DNA from: Octopus sinensis
Lineage: Eukaryota
Assembly: GCF_006345805.1 (NCBI RefSeq)
Contig: NC_043000.1
Location: 162,130,001-162,194,000, forward strand
Direction of reading: 5' to 3'
DNA: 64,000 nucleotides
A model generated the notes under the pieces. The model did not search any database. It was not told the origin of the DNA and was given only the letters and a program-made list of their open reading frames with translations. Position numbers and translations under genes: made by a program. How positions within the stretch are numbered: position 1 is the first letter of the stretch; each line of letters begins with the position of its first letter. Shown here piece by piece: positions 37,693 to 51,913 of this stretch.

Positions 37693-40600
37693 TTTATCCC
37701 TGTCTTGCTATTCTTAAACAGAGAAGATGGAATAGTCTTTATATTCTTTTTTGCTTCAACAGCATTGAATTCTGTGTTCAGTAGTGAAATCTTTGAAATT
37801 GAACCCAGTATTTATTTTAGAAGGCTGAAAGTAAAACTTGACCACGTTTGCCACAGAATTACTCTGAGAGCTTAATCTTTTACTTCTTAACAACATCCAA
37901 GTTTCCACAAATAACAATCTACTTTATTTGAAATAACCGAAGAGAGAAGGCAATTAGATAATGCAGTTCTCCATAATACATAAAACCGGCGAATGCAACG
38001 GCTGGAATACTTTCGATAGATTTACTCAATCAGAGCTGATCCGGGGTTAAAAAAAAAAACTTGAATAATTCCACAGGGTATTTGATTCAACAAGTCCACC
38101 AGTTTACTACAAAAGGCTGGTAATTTATTTAGCAATATCAATAAGATGAAAAGCAAAGTCAACCTCGGAGGAATTTCAGCTAAGAATTCAGTGAATCGGA
38201 ACAAATGCTGCAAAACATTTTTATCTGATGCACCAGTAGCAATGAATTTCTTTTTGCGAGCAAGCAGGATGGAGAGCAAGGAGTTTCAGTGTCAGCAGAA
38301 ATTGTACAGTGAGGCTGGTCTGTAACTTCCTATGAGCGAGAAGGACCGATTCTTCAGTGCTGTCCCTTCGCCTCATAAAATAACAATAATCAAAAATTCT
38401 CATACGAAACTTTAGTCCTGAATCACCAGATCCATCTTCTTTCATCATATATAAACTTAAACAAATTCACGATTTCTTTTCAGAAACCTCGCTCTAAAAA
38501 TCGACATCCAATAATAATTAAGTAGACAAAATTAATTACTATATTGACAAGATAGGAACTAGTGATGTCCGGATTATTATAATTGATGCATTACGGCAGC
38601 TTGTTGTCATTAACAACAATGTTCCTGGTGTCACAGATGCAACGACTGTTCCCACACCGATAATACCACTGCTAATATTTCTACTGTTCATACTACTACT
38701 GCTGTTGTCACCACTACAAACAGGCCACTTATTTCTAATTGTGTTTGTTGTTGCTGCGATTTACTACACAATAGCCAATTGACTTCCTTCCTCATTCTGT
38801 TTCTCTACCATTAATGAAATTATACACACACAATTAATGAATGAGTTTGCTAACTTGCAAGACCTGCTAAGAAAGGCGGTTAAATATCTCAAATCACACC
38901 GATTTTATCATTTTCATAAATTTGTCCTATGCGTTCACAGTTATTTTCAGATTTTTAGTTAGCACTTGTTTCAGATGTTCTGAGTGATAAGGAGCTTTCC
39001 ATTAAGTCACATGTTAACCCTGGTGATTGTATAAAAACTGGGGATGTGTGTTGTATGCGATGTATGGATGCCAGGAAAATAAGCCTTGTGTATCACGTGA
39101 TGCACTGGACAGCCAAAGGTCCAAAACAACAAACTAGGACGAATATATTGTCCCAGACACTTTGCCAAAGATAAAAAAACAAAAACAAATGAACGATGCA
39201 ATGATCCAGTGCTAAGCTGGTTTTAAATAGCATATTCCTCACGCCCCAAATAACACAGTAACAAATATCTTGTGTTAGTTATTTGAAAAAATATTACTGA
39301 ACTCTAATTCATCGTAATTAAGTTTGGAGGAAGGAACAGTACATATATTTTCATAGATCTTCTGACAACGGAGAGATTGATGCCATTAATGTTTTGCTTG
39401 AATATCTGCAAGCAAAGAACAAAAGTAGGAAAGACGTGTGCGGAGAAAGAATCCCTGAGGACCTGGGACGAGGCCAGTGAAACAATATCTAGGTATAGTG
39501 GTTAGTGTGTTGCTTGGGGGTGTTGTTTAACATAACGTGAATGATAAGTTGCAGTAACTTTCTAGCAATCACACAAGTGTCTATACACTTGATGCCGTCT
39601 GAGATACCTGTATGCGTAGCAGGAGCATGACCTTTGCAGACAGAGGAGCAATACAGAGCAATATTAACTTTCCTATTTTAAGGATATGCGTTCATCGGAG
39701 TTCATCCTCAGCACTGGCGAGACCAAGCATTTGGGCCAATTGTGATGGGAGGACAAGCTGGATGTTGCCCGCATTTAAGTAAAGGCGAAATGAGAATATT
39801 TTATGTGCAATACCTGCTTTTATTGTACAAATTTTTAAATTTCATTTATGCAATTGAATCAAACAAATACTGATACCGCAAGTGTACTGCTCAGACTAAA
39901 ATTTCATGACTGAGTGGGTAACAATGGTGGCATTTTGAATAATATATTCAGTGTATCCAATAAATTTTAACAAAATTTCGGTTAACCCAATTTGATAAAC
40001 AGGGCTTGGATTGGTTCTACAGAAAAAACTTTGCCCAAAATGATGCGCACAGTGATGGAATCCAGGACCTCATAACTGTGAAACACTTTCAAACACTAAG
40101 ACAAATATGCATATATATAAATACATACACACAAGTTAATTTTATTCCAGTTTGAAAAAGTAAACGTCGGAAAACCCCCAGAGTAGCGGGTTACTGGATC
40201 AGCCTAAATATAACGTGTGCGCGTGCGGATTTCGGCATGTGCTCGGATACACCCAAATGCGTGCGCTCTCACGCACAGATATTTTACTTCGGTAGCAGTA
40301 CCATTTCTAATGTCGAATCAGCAGCATCAGCAGCCACACGATAACTGTCTATTATTTACATATCCGTGCTGTTAGCGTTGCTCCTGACATTTTCACTGTT
40401 ACTATGTCCATAACAATACACACACACACACACACACACACACTTAAGTACTATTCTACGGTGAGCCAACAAAGGAACCTCTACGTAGTAAGTGACTATT
40501 AGAAATAGCAACAAAATTAATCTCAAATCATACTCTACCGTCTTAGAGGCGTACAGGTTATATGTGGTTGTGAGTTCCTTATATATAGGAATGCTTTTGA

Positions 40601-42750
40601 TCATACACGGGCCAGAGTGATTCAGAACTGACGTAAGCGCTAAATATTAACAGCGTTACAACGATACGATGATGGAGCTTCGACGTGGTCACCTGGCATG
40701 CTGGAAATAGCAGTTAATTTATGTAGAATCACTTCCTACCGTTTTATTAGACATATTGGTTGATATAGTCTGGAGCTCTGCCAATATGTGATTAAAAAAA
40801 AAAAGATTTGAAAGTCATTCCGTGAAAGCTTTTTAATCATAGTTCTTTCACTGTTGACTAAATAACTCCAGGAGTTTCCTAGATATAAAGATAAGCAAAC
40901 AGAAAACCAAATTCACCACACAGAACAATTCTGCAAACAGGATATGAACCTAATTTCACATTATGGCTATAGAGAAAAACCATGTTACAAGTTTAACTTT
41001 CCTCTACGTCTGCTCTCCTGATAAATTGAAGAATTTTCCTTATCACCCAAAGAAATCGATGTTTCATGTAGAAAAACATTCATGTTTCCGTTTCGACTCA
41101 CAGACCATAACAATCCAACTGTTAAGTAAAGCCACATAGATCGATCAATATCTTGATATAAAACAGTATGAAGGCCAATACTGCATCACAGTGATCTAGA
41201 CACTGTCACGACTACTAAAGCACCACGACAACACACCGACGCTATCTGTTCACCTGCACATCACGACTATTGTTATTCACCCCGTCCTGCACTGATTTTA
41301 TCAGAAAAACAGATCCTGCCGCAAAACAACCATAATGATACTTACTCAAATGAATTGAGCCTTACTATGTCTCACAATAACTATGCGCTATCAGGAATGT
41401 CAATTAGTTCCAAGTGAATAAAATACAATGTAATAAAAGGTATATAGCTTATATTAACAAGACGCAACTGAAGACCTGTCCCGTTGCATGGTAAACTCGA
41501 ACTCAAATCCACCAGTGTGCAAAAACAGTGCAGTTAGAAAAAGGTGTTTGTAAATAACACAAAACATTAACACCAAAACCCACGCAATCCTAGCCACACG
41601 ATTATACCAGCACTATCAGACATTACAATGTCACATCATTGACATTATCTGAAATTTATTTCATATTACGTAAAGATATTTCTTTTAAAAAAGACAACAA
41701 ATCAGTTGTCAGAGGAAAAGAGAGAAACAAAGACTTACTGCTTGTAGCAACATTAATAACAGTAGTTGTTTTATTATAGCAATTAAAATGTCATCTTTCA
41801 AGTTTGCAAGTTTATAAGAGGGACGACCAGAGAAACATAGTTCAGAGGTAAACATAAGGACATTTAAATAGAACAGACTGTTATCTTGAAAAAAAAAATC
41901 CATTTTATGCCGGTTTTATCCAGCAGAAAGAAAATGTCACAATTGCACAATCTGTCTTAGAAAATACAGTTATTTTATTATTATTATTAGAATATAAAAA
42001 CAAAAAATATATATATAAATAATGTCAAGAACAACAACAACAACAACGGCTTAATAGTGAACTTTCCCGGTTTAATGTCTCAGTAGTTTAATGATAGAAA
42101 ATGAGTCATACTCTAATGAAGTGATTAGAAACTACATAAGAGGCTTCATTCTCAGATAAGCATATCTAGAACATGTTAACCTCATTGGAACTCGATTCCC
42201 TACCCAACCCTGTTAGTAAATAAATTGCCAACTATCACAGATGAACGTGTACTCAGAGCTACAGGCAAAGGAGTCGTTCGTTAATTCTTACGGCGTAGCT
42301 ACGGTTTAAAACATATTTACCAATACTCGAAAACAAAGATCCTGTATTTTAGGAACACGAGAAAACAGTATGGAAGAAACGTATTAACATTTTAACAAGT
42401 AAGCATTAGCACGAAACAACTCGTTTGGAGTTACTTAGTAAATGTAAAATACTTCATTTCAGGATTAAATTTTGTAGTGTAGAATCGAATATATGATCAA
42501 TTACTTTTATCACTCTTTGGCAAGTTTCTTTTCACTGGGATCGAAACTGAAATTTCACACATTCACAACTTATAGTCTAAATATGTTATAATTATTACTC
42601 TGGTACTGTTTATCGTTTCAATGCAAATTTAATAGCTGAAAGAAGCCCTTTTTTTTTTTTACAGGAGTCGGAAACGACAATTATACTGAATATAAATGAG
42701 TGGCTTTGATGCGTGCGTTCTTCTTTCAAGAAGTTGTAGCTGCTGTTATA

Positions 42751-42982
42751 CATTTCTTTACTACCCACAAGGGGCCAAACATAGAGGGGACAAACAAGGA
42801 CAGACAAACGATTTAAGTCGATTACATCGACCCCAGTGCGTAACTGGTACTTAATTTATCGACCCCGAAAGGATGAAAGGCAAAGTCGACCGCAGCGGAA
42901 TTTGAACTCGGAACGTAACGCCAGACGAAATACGGCTACGCGTTTCGCCCGGCATGCTAACAGTTCTGCCATCTCGCCGCCT
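42751..42982 (-). mobile_element. SINE family A, full length, young
   Basis: Near-consensus copy flanked by TTGTAGCTGCTGTTATA and TTGTTGCTGCTGTTATA (TSD with 1 mismatch). Confidence 0.9.
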
Positions 42983-45900
42983 TTGTTGCTGCTGTTATAG
43001 CCCAACTAAAGTCTTTTTCATGTGGTAGAGGTAATTTGAGGAATATTCGGTTACTATTTGAAACATGTCGATTGACCACGTAGAGGCTTGATAATCGACT
43101 CGAATGTAAAGTAAAGGGAAAGACGTCCTATTGAGAATCGAAACCTGTCTGTGAAATCAACTTGACTGAAACTTACTTTCATCTTTATTGTGATCTTCGC
43201 TACACATTAGCATTTGCGTGTAAACTGCATTAATATGAATGTGCTTGTGATGAAACAGACTAATATTTATGTATTCGTATCTCCCCACACGAGACCAATG
43301 TTGAGACGTATCGTATGCATATCTGTGAATTATTGAAGTCACTACTACCTGATAATTTTAAGAAGATTAATCTTGAGGATTAGAATTAATCCTGTCTAAA
43401 TGTCGAATTCGCAACAAGTATATACAGTGTATTTAAGATAGTTGAAAGTATTACTTTTAGTGTTGATTTGAATTGCGGTTACTTTTGTAAACAGAGAGAG
43501 AGGGAGAGAGAGAGAGGAGAGGGAATGTGTTTGTGCTTGTGTGCACGTGTATGTACGTGTTTGTATGCGTGTACTATGCCTGTATATATTCGTTGGGGAG
43601 TAGGTCATCGGCATCAATTTATTACCGTGCCCGATTAACATGTTAAGCATTGATTTAAAATCGTTAAGCTCAAGTGAGATTAGTGGAAAGAAAAATGACC
43701 ATTAGAAATCAACAACCTCATAAAAAGAAAATAAAAACAGAAAAAAAATGTAAGTTCGCTGGTAACCGATTTCTTTTTAGTAAATACGATATGTATTACT
43801 TACTACCGAGGTACAGTCCGTAACATCAGCCTTTAGAATTTGACTCATATTTTCTTGACCCTGAAGAAATGATTTGAAAAGCTGACTCCAACAAGATATG
43901 AACTCAAATGCTTGAGGTCCCTACTGCTGTTTTAGCTTCACCAATTACATTCCTTTTGTAAATATAAATTTAATGAGAAAGTAATTTATATTGGGAGCTT
44001 TTACATGCAGCGAGATAGTGTCGTCTTCGCTAGAAAAGTTCAGATTAAACTTATAATAGGAGAATCATGTCTAGTTACGATAAAACATACACAATCTAAA
44101 CATTTTATTGCCAAAGCCATGTCAAATTTAAAAAAAAAACAATTTATGTCAAAAACTCGTACGCAGTATATGGCTGTCCTTGGAAAGAAGATAAAACTTG
44201 AACTTAAAAGAAAGGGCTTCTGTGCTGCAATATCGAATCTAGTTATTACAGGGAAGTATCTGCTAGATTACAGTAAAACATATCTAGCCCAATGCTCTAT
44301 TTTCTCAGCCAACGCAATTCATTAAATATTTCTACATAAATGGAATAGCAACTTTACATAAAGAAAGAACAGAAAAATAAAAGTAAAACGCTTTCACATC
44401 GCTGATATGTAGTTAGATTTCATCGGCAAGCCACCGCAGTGGTTCTGAAATGTAGTTAAAGCAGGAGACGAGATGTAGACTGATGATGGATAAGCAGCAA
44501 TTGATATTGCTTTCCACTCGCAGAAAAGGTTAAACAGATTCTCACTTGTTTATTTGTTTATCAGGGTATGTGCGAAGAGTGAAATTAGTGAGAAAAGCAG
44601 GTTTTATTATTTTCGAGATTGTATTTATTCATTAATTTATTTGTTTAGTTTGTTTGCTTGGAGTGGAGAAGAAGAGGTGATGGTGCTGGGGAGAGTAGAT
44701 CTCTCGTGGAACAAGAGAATCCTGAGAAGCCTGGCTTAGAAAAGTTGTAAGGTCATATTAAAAGATCAGAAACTGAGATGATGTAACACCAGATCATGTG
44801 GGAAATGTTTTATTTTATATTTTTGCCAACAGAATTGCCATTCAAAATCACTTTTTTTGTGTTAAATAAAATACCCGATTGACGTTGCTTACTGGTGTGA
44901 GGCGGAGAGAGAAAGAGAGAGAGAGGTGGTGGAGAGATAAAAAGATAGATTAAAAAATGAAAGATAATACAAACTGCAACAAAAGACTACTATCTTTAAA
45001 GTTGTGTAATACACTCGACAATACGGAAACCAATAGTGTTCAAATCTATGTAGTCTTTCGAGCAAAGCAATCCGTACTTATCAACTCCTCTCCAGCAGGA
45101 CAGATTCCCCAACAGGAGAATTTACCACTTTATCGAAACACTCTTTGATTAAACTCAGCAGAGTCACTGGTTACAGCAAAAATCTGTACTCCCAAGATAG
45201 TTACTATTTAATATTATACAAGTTCAAATCTTCCATTTGTTTTCCATTTTTTTCCGAGGCTCGATAAAATAACTACTGTAGGTCGAAATAACTATTAGCT
45301 TTAATTAGACAGTGCTAATTGGCAAAGACGTGCTCCAGTGAATGAACGCAACGCAGTAAAAGAGAAAACCCCGGCATATACAGAAAAAGATTTTTAACCG
45401 GCATATACAGAAAAAAAAAAAGCAAAGTGTCAAAACAGAAGTAACTCTTTTTTCGCCATACTAAAACTATACTGCTTGGAATCGGAAAGTATGGTTAACC
45501 AGTCAAACTAAATAATCTACTAAAGTTGGCCACTAATAGCCAACTTTAGAATTACTGTAAACGATAATATTTCAAGAAAGCATAAAAGTAAAGGAACTTA
45601 ATTCAAGCTTGCGGAAGACTATTGCAGGTTTTAAAATAAAATTAAACCTTCGTAGTAAAGTTGCAATATTGCCTAAGCTCACCAACCAAAAACTTAGGTA
45701 CTTTCCTCAAGTCCACGGAGTGGAACCGCGGTAAGAAAGGACGCAGAAAAAATGGAAAAATTGTGAGTCGACTTTTTGAAATGCTTGCACATAATCCATG
45801 AGTCTGAAATCTAAGCACAAGCGATTTTCTGTTTTGTTTGAGCGCTTAATTCTGTGTCATAGTTCAAGTAGACATCTGTCTATTGCCGATTGACATTTGC

Positions 45901-46039
45901 ATAAATTATCACTCCACCCCCTTTACATGCAGATACAAAGATAACATCTGTATCATTAACCTCCGTCCTCTCACCAAGGTGCCACCCGCGGATTAGCATT
46001 GTGGAAGAAAAAGGCGGTAATTCGGAAAAGGAATATGGA

Positions 46040-46170
46040 AAGAGAGAGAGGAGAGAGAGAGGGGTGAGGAGAGAAAGAAGAGGAGAGAGAGAGAGAAAGA
46101 AGAGGAGAGAGAGAGAGAAAGAAGAGGAGAGAGAGAGAGAGAGAAGAAGAGAGAGAGAAAGGAGAGAGAG

Positions 46171-46201
<31 letters not shown>

Positions 46202-46830
46202 AAGAAGTGAAGTGAGAGAGAGAGAAAGAAGTGAAGAGAGAGAGAAAGAAGTGAGAGAGAGAGAGAGAAGTGAAGAGAGAGAGAGAAGGGAAGAGAGAGA
46301 GAGAAGGGAAGAGAGAGAGAGAAGGGAAGAGAGAGAGAGAAGGGAAGAGAGAGAGAGAAGGGAAGAGAGAGAGAGAAGGGAAGAGAGAGAGAGAAGGGAA
46401 GAGAGAGAGAGAAGGGAAGAGAGAGAGAGAATGGAAGAGAGAGAGAGAATGGAAGAGAGGGAGAGAAGGGAAGAGAGAAAGAAGAGAAGAGAGAAAGAAG
46501 AGAGAGAGAAGGGAAGAGAGAGAGAAGGGAAGGGAAGAGAGAGAGAAGGGAAGGGAAGAGAGAGAGAGAGAAGCGAAGTGAAGAGAGAGAGAGAGAGAGT
46601 AGTGAGGAGAGTGAGAGAGAGGGAAGTGAAAAGAAAGGGAGAGAAGTGAGAGGAGAGTGAGAAGTGAGAGAGAGGAATGAAATGAGAAAGGAAGATGAAA
46701 AGCAAAAGAGAAAAATACGCGAGAAGAAAAAGGCCGAGAGAGGGAGAAAGAGGGAGAGAGAGAGGGAGAAAGAGGGAGAGAGAGAGGGAGAAAGAGGCAA
46801 GAAATAAAGAAACAAGGAAAGAGAAAACCA
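46040..46830. repeat. ~800-bp polypurine (GA) tract containing an 18-bp minisatellite (GAGAAGGGAAGAGAGAGA)n
   Basis: Almost pure A/G on the + strand. Tandem 18-bp units at ~46275-46460 appear as REGKRE repeats in the ORF track. Confidence 0.95.
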
Positions 46831-47473
46831 AAGGGAAAATAGATTTGATAAGAAATCCGTCTCTTACAACAGTTTTACTGTTTCAATTCCATTTCATCAA
46901 TAGTTTTATTTCAATTTTATTACTTCGATGCCTTATTTCTGTTCAATAATGTTTTATTTCGGTTCCATTTAATAAGGTTCAAGGGGAAAGATGTCATAAA
47001 CATTACAACTGCACATGTTCCTCTCCAAATCTATTTTCCTCTTGCAGCATCGATAGATATTTAGAATCTTCCAAGCTCCCGCTTGCTCGTTCCACTGAGA
47101 AACATTGTAATATCATACTAATGTAAGAAATTATATTAGAATTTGTTTTTTATACATTTTACACTTGTACGAAAGTTTCAACGGAAGTAGAAAGGAGGAA
47201 GTTTGCTAAACTGCCGCTCACACACACAGCAAACATGCAATACACAATGCGCACAAGATTTCTAGAGCGTGCGTTATATAATATGTTATCTAGATATATG
47301 AAAATGAATTTAAAAACTACGTCCTCAACACAATCTAAAACGCGGGTAAACCAAAACTAGATGAATAATGAAAGTACTGAAAGAAGGCAGAGTGAGATGT
47401 TGATACTAATTACATTAGAAATTCATTAAAAATTGAATCTATTACCATGCATCAAACGGATAAGGAGAAATAA

Positions 47474-47860
47474 TTCTACTCTAGGCACAAGGCCTCAAAT
47501 TTTGGGAAAGGGGGATAATCGATAACATCGACCCCCAATACTCAACTGGTACTTATCGATCCCAAAACGCTGAAAGGAAAAGTCGTCCTCAGCAACATTT
47601 GAACTCAGAACATAGAGCTGGAAGAAATACCCATTTCTTTACTACCCACAAGGGGCTAAACACAGAGGGGACAAACAAGGACAGACACACGGATTAAGTA
47701 GATTATATCGACCCCAGTGCGTAACTGGTACTTATTTAATCGACCCCGAAAGAATGAAAGGCAAAGTCGACCTCGGCGGAATTTGAACTCAGAACGTAGC
47801 GGCAAACGAAATACCGCTAAGCATTTCATCTGGTGTGTCAACGACTGTCAGTTCACCATT
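47474..47860 (-). mobile_element. Old SINE family A carrying a young family A segment (47632-47815)
   Basis: Divergent tail and core (47474-47631) and divergent head (47816-47860) flank a near-consensus segment bounded by GAAATACC on both sides. Confidence 0.85.
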
Positions 47861-48410
47861 ATATGTGACTTATCGAACAGTCTGACAGTAAATCTATCTG
47901 GAAGACGGATAGTGATCATAGACATGAGGTTTTAACAAGAGGTTCCCATGTCAGATATGGTCGAAAGTTTTGCTGATGTCCAGGATAGCAATACGACTTT
48001 TCTCCCCAAATTTCTTGTGATACGAAAGGATAAACCTGTAGTTGATGTGTCTTTATCAAGTCATACTGGTTGTCAGTCAGGAAGGAAAGAGATTCGCATT
48101 CTGAAATTTTGAAATGCATCTGATAAGACGACAGTCGGTAGGTTTAAAGTGATTGCTTTTCTTCAGAATAGATTACAATGTAGGGCTATTCCAACAATCC
48201 GGATATACTTGTACAGAAATACAAAGATTGACAAGATTTGTGAGGATAGGTAGCTAACTCTAAAAATACATTGACAGTAAATGAAGATTAATAATTACTT
48301 CTGGTTGCTTCAAATCAACAAGATCACAAACCTTGACACAGTTAATATATGAGGTGTTGAAGTGGAGAGAGATAGACGTGATGAAGTACTGCTTATAAAA
48401 TCTTATTTTA

Positions 48411-48762
48411 TGTCAGTCATTTGACTGTGGCCATGCTGGAGCACCGTCTTTAGTCGAGGAAATCGACCCCAGGACTTATTCTTTGTAAGCCTAGTACTTA
48501 TTCTATCAGTCTCTTTTACCGAGCCGCTTTATTTGTCAAGCGATGGTGGGTGGGTGGGGGGAAGAACACAGACACAAACACATACATACACATATATATA
48601 TGTGAGCTTCTTTCAGTTTTCGTCTACCAAATCCACTCACAAGGCTTTGGTTGATCCGAGGCTATAGTAGAAGACACTCGCCCAAGGTGCCACGCAGTGG
48701 GACTGAACCCGGAACCATGTGGTTGGTAAGCAAGCTACTTACCACACAGCCACTCCTGCGCC
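48411..48762 (-). mobile_element. SINE family B, full length
   Basis: Collinear with 22667-23061 and ends in CCACTCCTGCGCCT. Confidence 0.9.
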
Positions 48763-50161
48763 TATAGTAAACAATTTTGCAAAACCCTCCTTACGTCCAT
48801 TTTCAAACAGGTTCGGTTGTAATTTGGAAGGTAGGAGAGCTTCTGGGCTCCGCGATGCACGAAGACATCTTCCCGATCTCAATGAAGGTTTTTGCAAGAC
48901 TTACAGCTGTAGCTAAGGCTGTAAAGAGTTTGTAATAGACTTGCCGTTGCAGAAGCAATCTCTGCTTTATCATAGGAAATACATAATATACTCCCTCCAG
49001 CTATAATTTAGCCACAGGATAGCACAGTTCCAGCTGTGACCACTGCCGTTTTCAGCCGCATTGTATGAAAGTTTATATTATATTTTTTAAGATGGCAGGA
49101 TGTAACGTGGATACTTGGTGTCAATTTCTAGTAAGTCAAAGGACCATTTAAGAGGCTGCAGATGTCGATTCCTTGATTAGTTCCAGATTAAGATCTTGAT
49201 TGTGGAGAACTACTATCAACCGCATTCATTTCTTTTCAGACATAATGTATTCAAAGCCATATTATCTAACATGTACCCCACTCCATCACCACTGACTTCG
49301 CACACTAGAGTTTGTAATCAGAGAGTATTTTGTTTCTGGTTCAAGCAACTCGAATGGCCACGTTGAGAATCTCTCTTTGTATCTAATGATGTGATTTATC
49401 TCATTAGTGAATTTTACTTAGCCAGTACCTGGAAACAAGCCATTTTAAGGGACTAATTAATGGAAGCAACACGAAAATAATATTTGTACTCATTTCAAAA
49501 AACAATGCTTTTAAGATTTGCAGGCAATAAATTTGTAGCAAAGACATATATTGAATCGTTCCACATGGCTCATTGCTATTAATCAGTCAACGATGCGGCT
49601 CTTTGACCTACGAAAAATAGCAGTTGAATTTTCAAATCATACATTACAATCTCAAAAATGCGATGACATTAAATAATTTTGTAATAGACATAATAAATTC
49701 GTAATAGACGAGATGGCCGCGAATGCAATGCTTTTGATCATCAACTTGGAAATTTGAAAATAAAAGTGAAAAGTCAACTCAAACCTTTTGTCTGACACAA
49801 TTATTGCTTCGGTTTAACAATAAGCACAGAGTCTATAGTGTAATGAATGACATGACGAATATGAAGTGGCGATAGCCTTGCTTTTCCGATGTAGCAAGAA
49901 CAGTTTTAAGTAGTTTTTTCAGGAAACAAAAGTCACATTACAGAGTCGATACGCCGCGAGCGTAGAATATAATTCAATATCAACCTGAAAGGAAGTAGAG
50001 AGGAAAAGGAAGGGAAAAAAAAGGACTGACTTCCGGTCAAAAGCAAGCAAAAGGAATTGAAAAAAAATACTGAAGAATAATAGCTTCGCTCTTGACACTA
50101 ATTAGAGTAACAGGGGTTATATGAAGAGAAAGACAGTGGATGGTTCCATTTAATAACGTTC

Positions 50162-50268
50162 AAGGCGAAGTCGACCTCGGCGAAATTTGAACTCAGAACG
50201 TTGCGACAGACGAAATACGGCTAAACATTTCACCTGGCGTGCTAAGGATTCTGCCAGCTTGCCACCTT
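50162..50268 (-). mobile_element. SINE family A, 5' half only (3' part missing)
   Basis: AAGTCGACCTCGGCGAAATTTGAACTCAGAAC...CTGCCAGCTTGCCACCTT; no tail. Confidence 0.85.
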
Positions 50269-50944
50269 ATCCAATATACTGTAGAGTACCACCATAATAA
50301 AGAGTAACCAGTCTTGTGCATTAGTGAATTTTACGGAGGTTTTCCTGAATATAGTTGCGTTTCAATATTCAACAGTATCACTAAGTTATCCGGTGAAGCA
50401 AGTCAGTCTAAAACCATTTCCTTTCACTTTTGCAAATACTACTGAAGAAAATAGCAAAAGACATGTCAAACTCACTCACCTTATATTTAAAATGTCTGGG
50501 CTTCATGCTTTATATCAAAAACTTAAGTGTTTTTGTAGAAGTTAACTGAACATCTTTACTCAGTTTTCTAACTATATTAGGCAAAATTCCATCCATTAAA
50601 ACCCTATTCGTGCCTGCACATCAAAGAAATTGTTCTAAGCAAGAACTGCAGAAAAAGAAAAGAAGCCACACTGTCCTTAAGTGCAACAAACGATATTTTT
50701 CATGTTTCTGTTGGTAGAATTTATTGCACGAACAAAAAGACAGAACAAAAATAGACGTTTTGGTTCTTAACGACCAACGATTGAATAATTTTCTTTGGCT
50801 TAGGTAAACATAAAACACGAGATTCGTTATTGATTTTTATATATTTTTCTTTATTTCAAGATAAACACTTTTCTTTTTTGTTCATACCGACTGTCTAGCA
50901 GAATTTTCTGATTCTTTGGTTAAGCTGCTTATCTTCGACCTAAC

Positions 50945-51185
50945 TCCCATCGCCTCCACCAATGACAGCTATGTCTTCCATAGCAACAGACACCGCATTC
51001 ATCACTACTTTCGGCACCCCCATCATCATGTCCACGAGCATCGACTCCCAACCAGTTATCACACCACAACCACCACCACTACCATTATCACCACCACCGC
51101 AAACACTTCTTAACCATCTCAACCACCTTCACAATCACCGTCATTATCATCTTCACATCACAACGACCACCACAATCACCACCAT
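50945..51185. repeat. Low-complexity (CAC/CAT)n region
   Basis: Degenerate CACCAT/CACCAC repeats produce the His/Thr/Pro-rich spurious ORFs. Confidence 0.8.
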
Positions 51186-51545
51186 GGTTAGTTATTCCGT
51201 TGCTTACATCAGAACATAAACGCGCTCTAAGATAAATAATATTTGATAAACAACATTGTTTACAACATGGCTTTTGAGGACAAGTGAGTACATTTTATCG
51301 TTTACAACTGAACTGGTGATTCTTCGGCAATAGTTCTAACCTTAATATATTTTGCAATTCCTAAACAAGTTCAATACTCTCAGCCAACCAACTAAAAAAC
51401 AATTCAATACTTCAACCAGTATTCCTTTATAGATTTTAATATTCTGTTGATTAGTGTTTTGCTAATTTCCATTTGAAATGTTAGAAATGCTGCTCGGTTT
51501 CGTTCTGAGTTTTTGTTTTTTATTCCGTAGAGGTACAGCTGGTCC

Positions 51546-51913
51546 CCAAAGTCCATCCCCTCCTCACCGAGGTGGGGACGCTGGCAACGGGTAGTGTCAG
51601 AGCTATGCTGTCGGGAACTTCGGTTCCTGGTAGGGCCACACTTGGTGGATTGGTCTGACACCGAGTGGTATTAGGGCCACAATCCGGCAGACGGGGCTCT
51701 GGTGAAAATCCTCGGAGTGTCTGTTTCGGCAACGGGCGGCTCCTCGGTCGTTCTGTCCCTGCGTCTGCGGACAATCTGCGGCAAACAGGATGTCTCTACA
51801 TGCGGGATTGTTGGGGACCGCTTGTGAAATCCACATATTCCCACGAAACTTCTTCCAAGTAGAAGAAGACGACTCAACCCGCCCATGGTGAATGTCGCCA
51901 CAAGTACAAGTAA
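51546..51913 (+). mobile_element. 5'-truncated, degraded RTE-clade LINE 3' end with 13-bp TSD
   Basis: GC-rich block bounded by direct repeat GTACAGCTGGTCC (51533-51545, 51914-51926) and ending in an (ACAAGT)2 tail. Frame-broken remnants SIPSSPRW.TLATGSV (cf. I....WETLA.DR) and ICGK.CL.HAGLLG...KS (cf. RTE C-terminal C..CG..CLS..GL.SH). Confidence 0.65.

Noticed and set aside
45370-45415. CCGGCATATACAGAAAAA present twice
   Set aside because: A simple local micro-duplication of two units; not CRISPR-like.
45880-46949. 311-aa and 286-aa Leu/Ser-rich and Arg/Glu-rich ORFs
   Set aside because: Products of the GA/CT tract and the 18-bp minisatellite.
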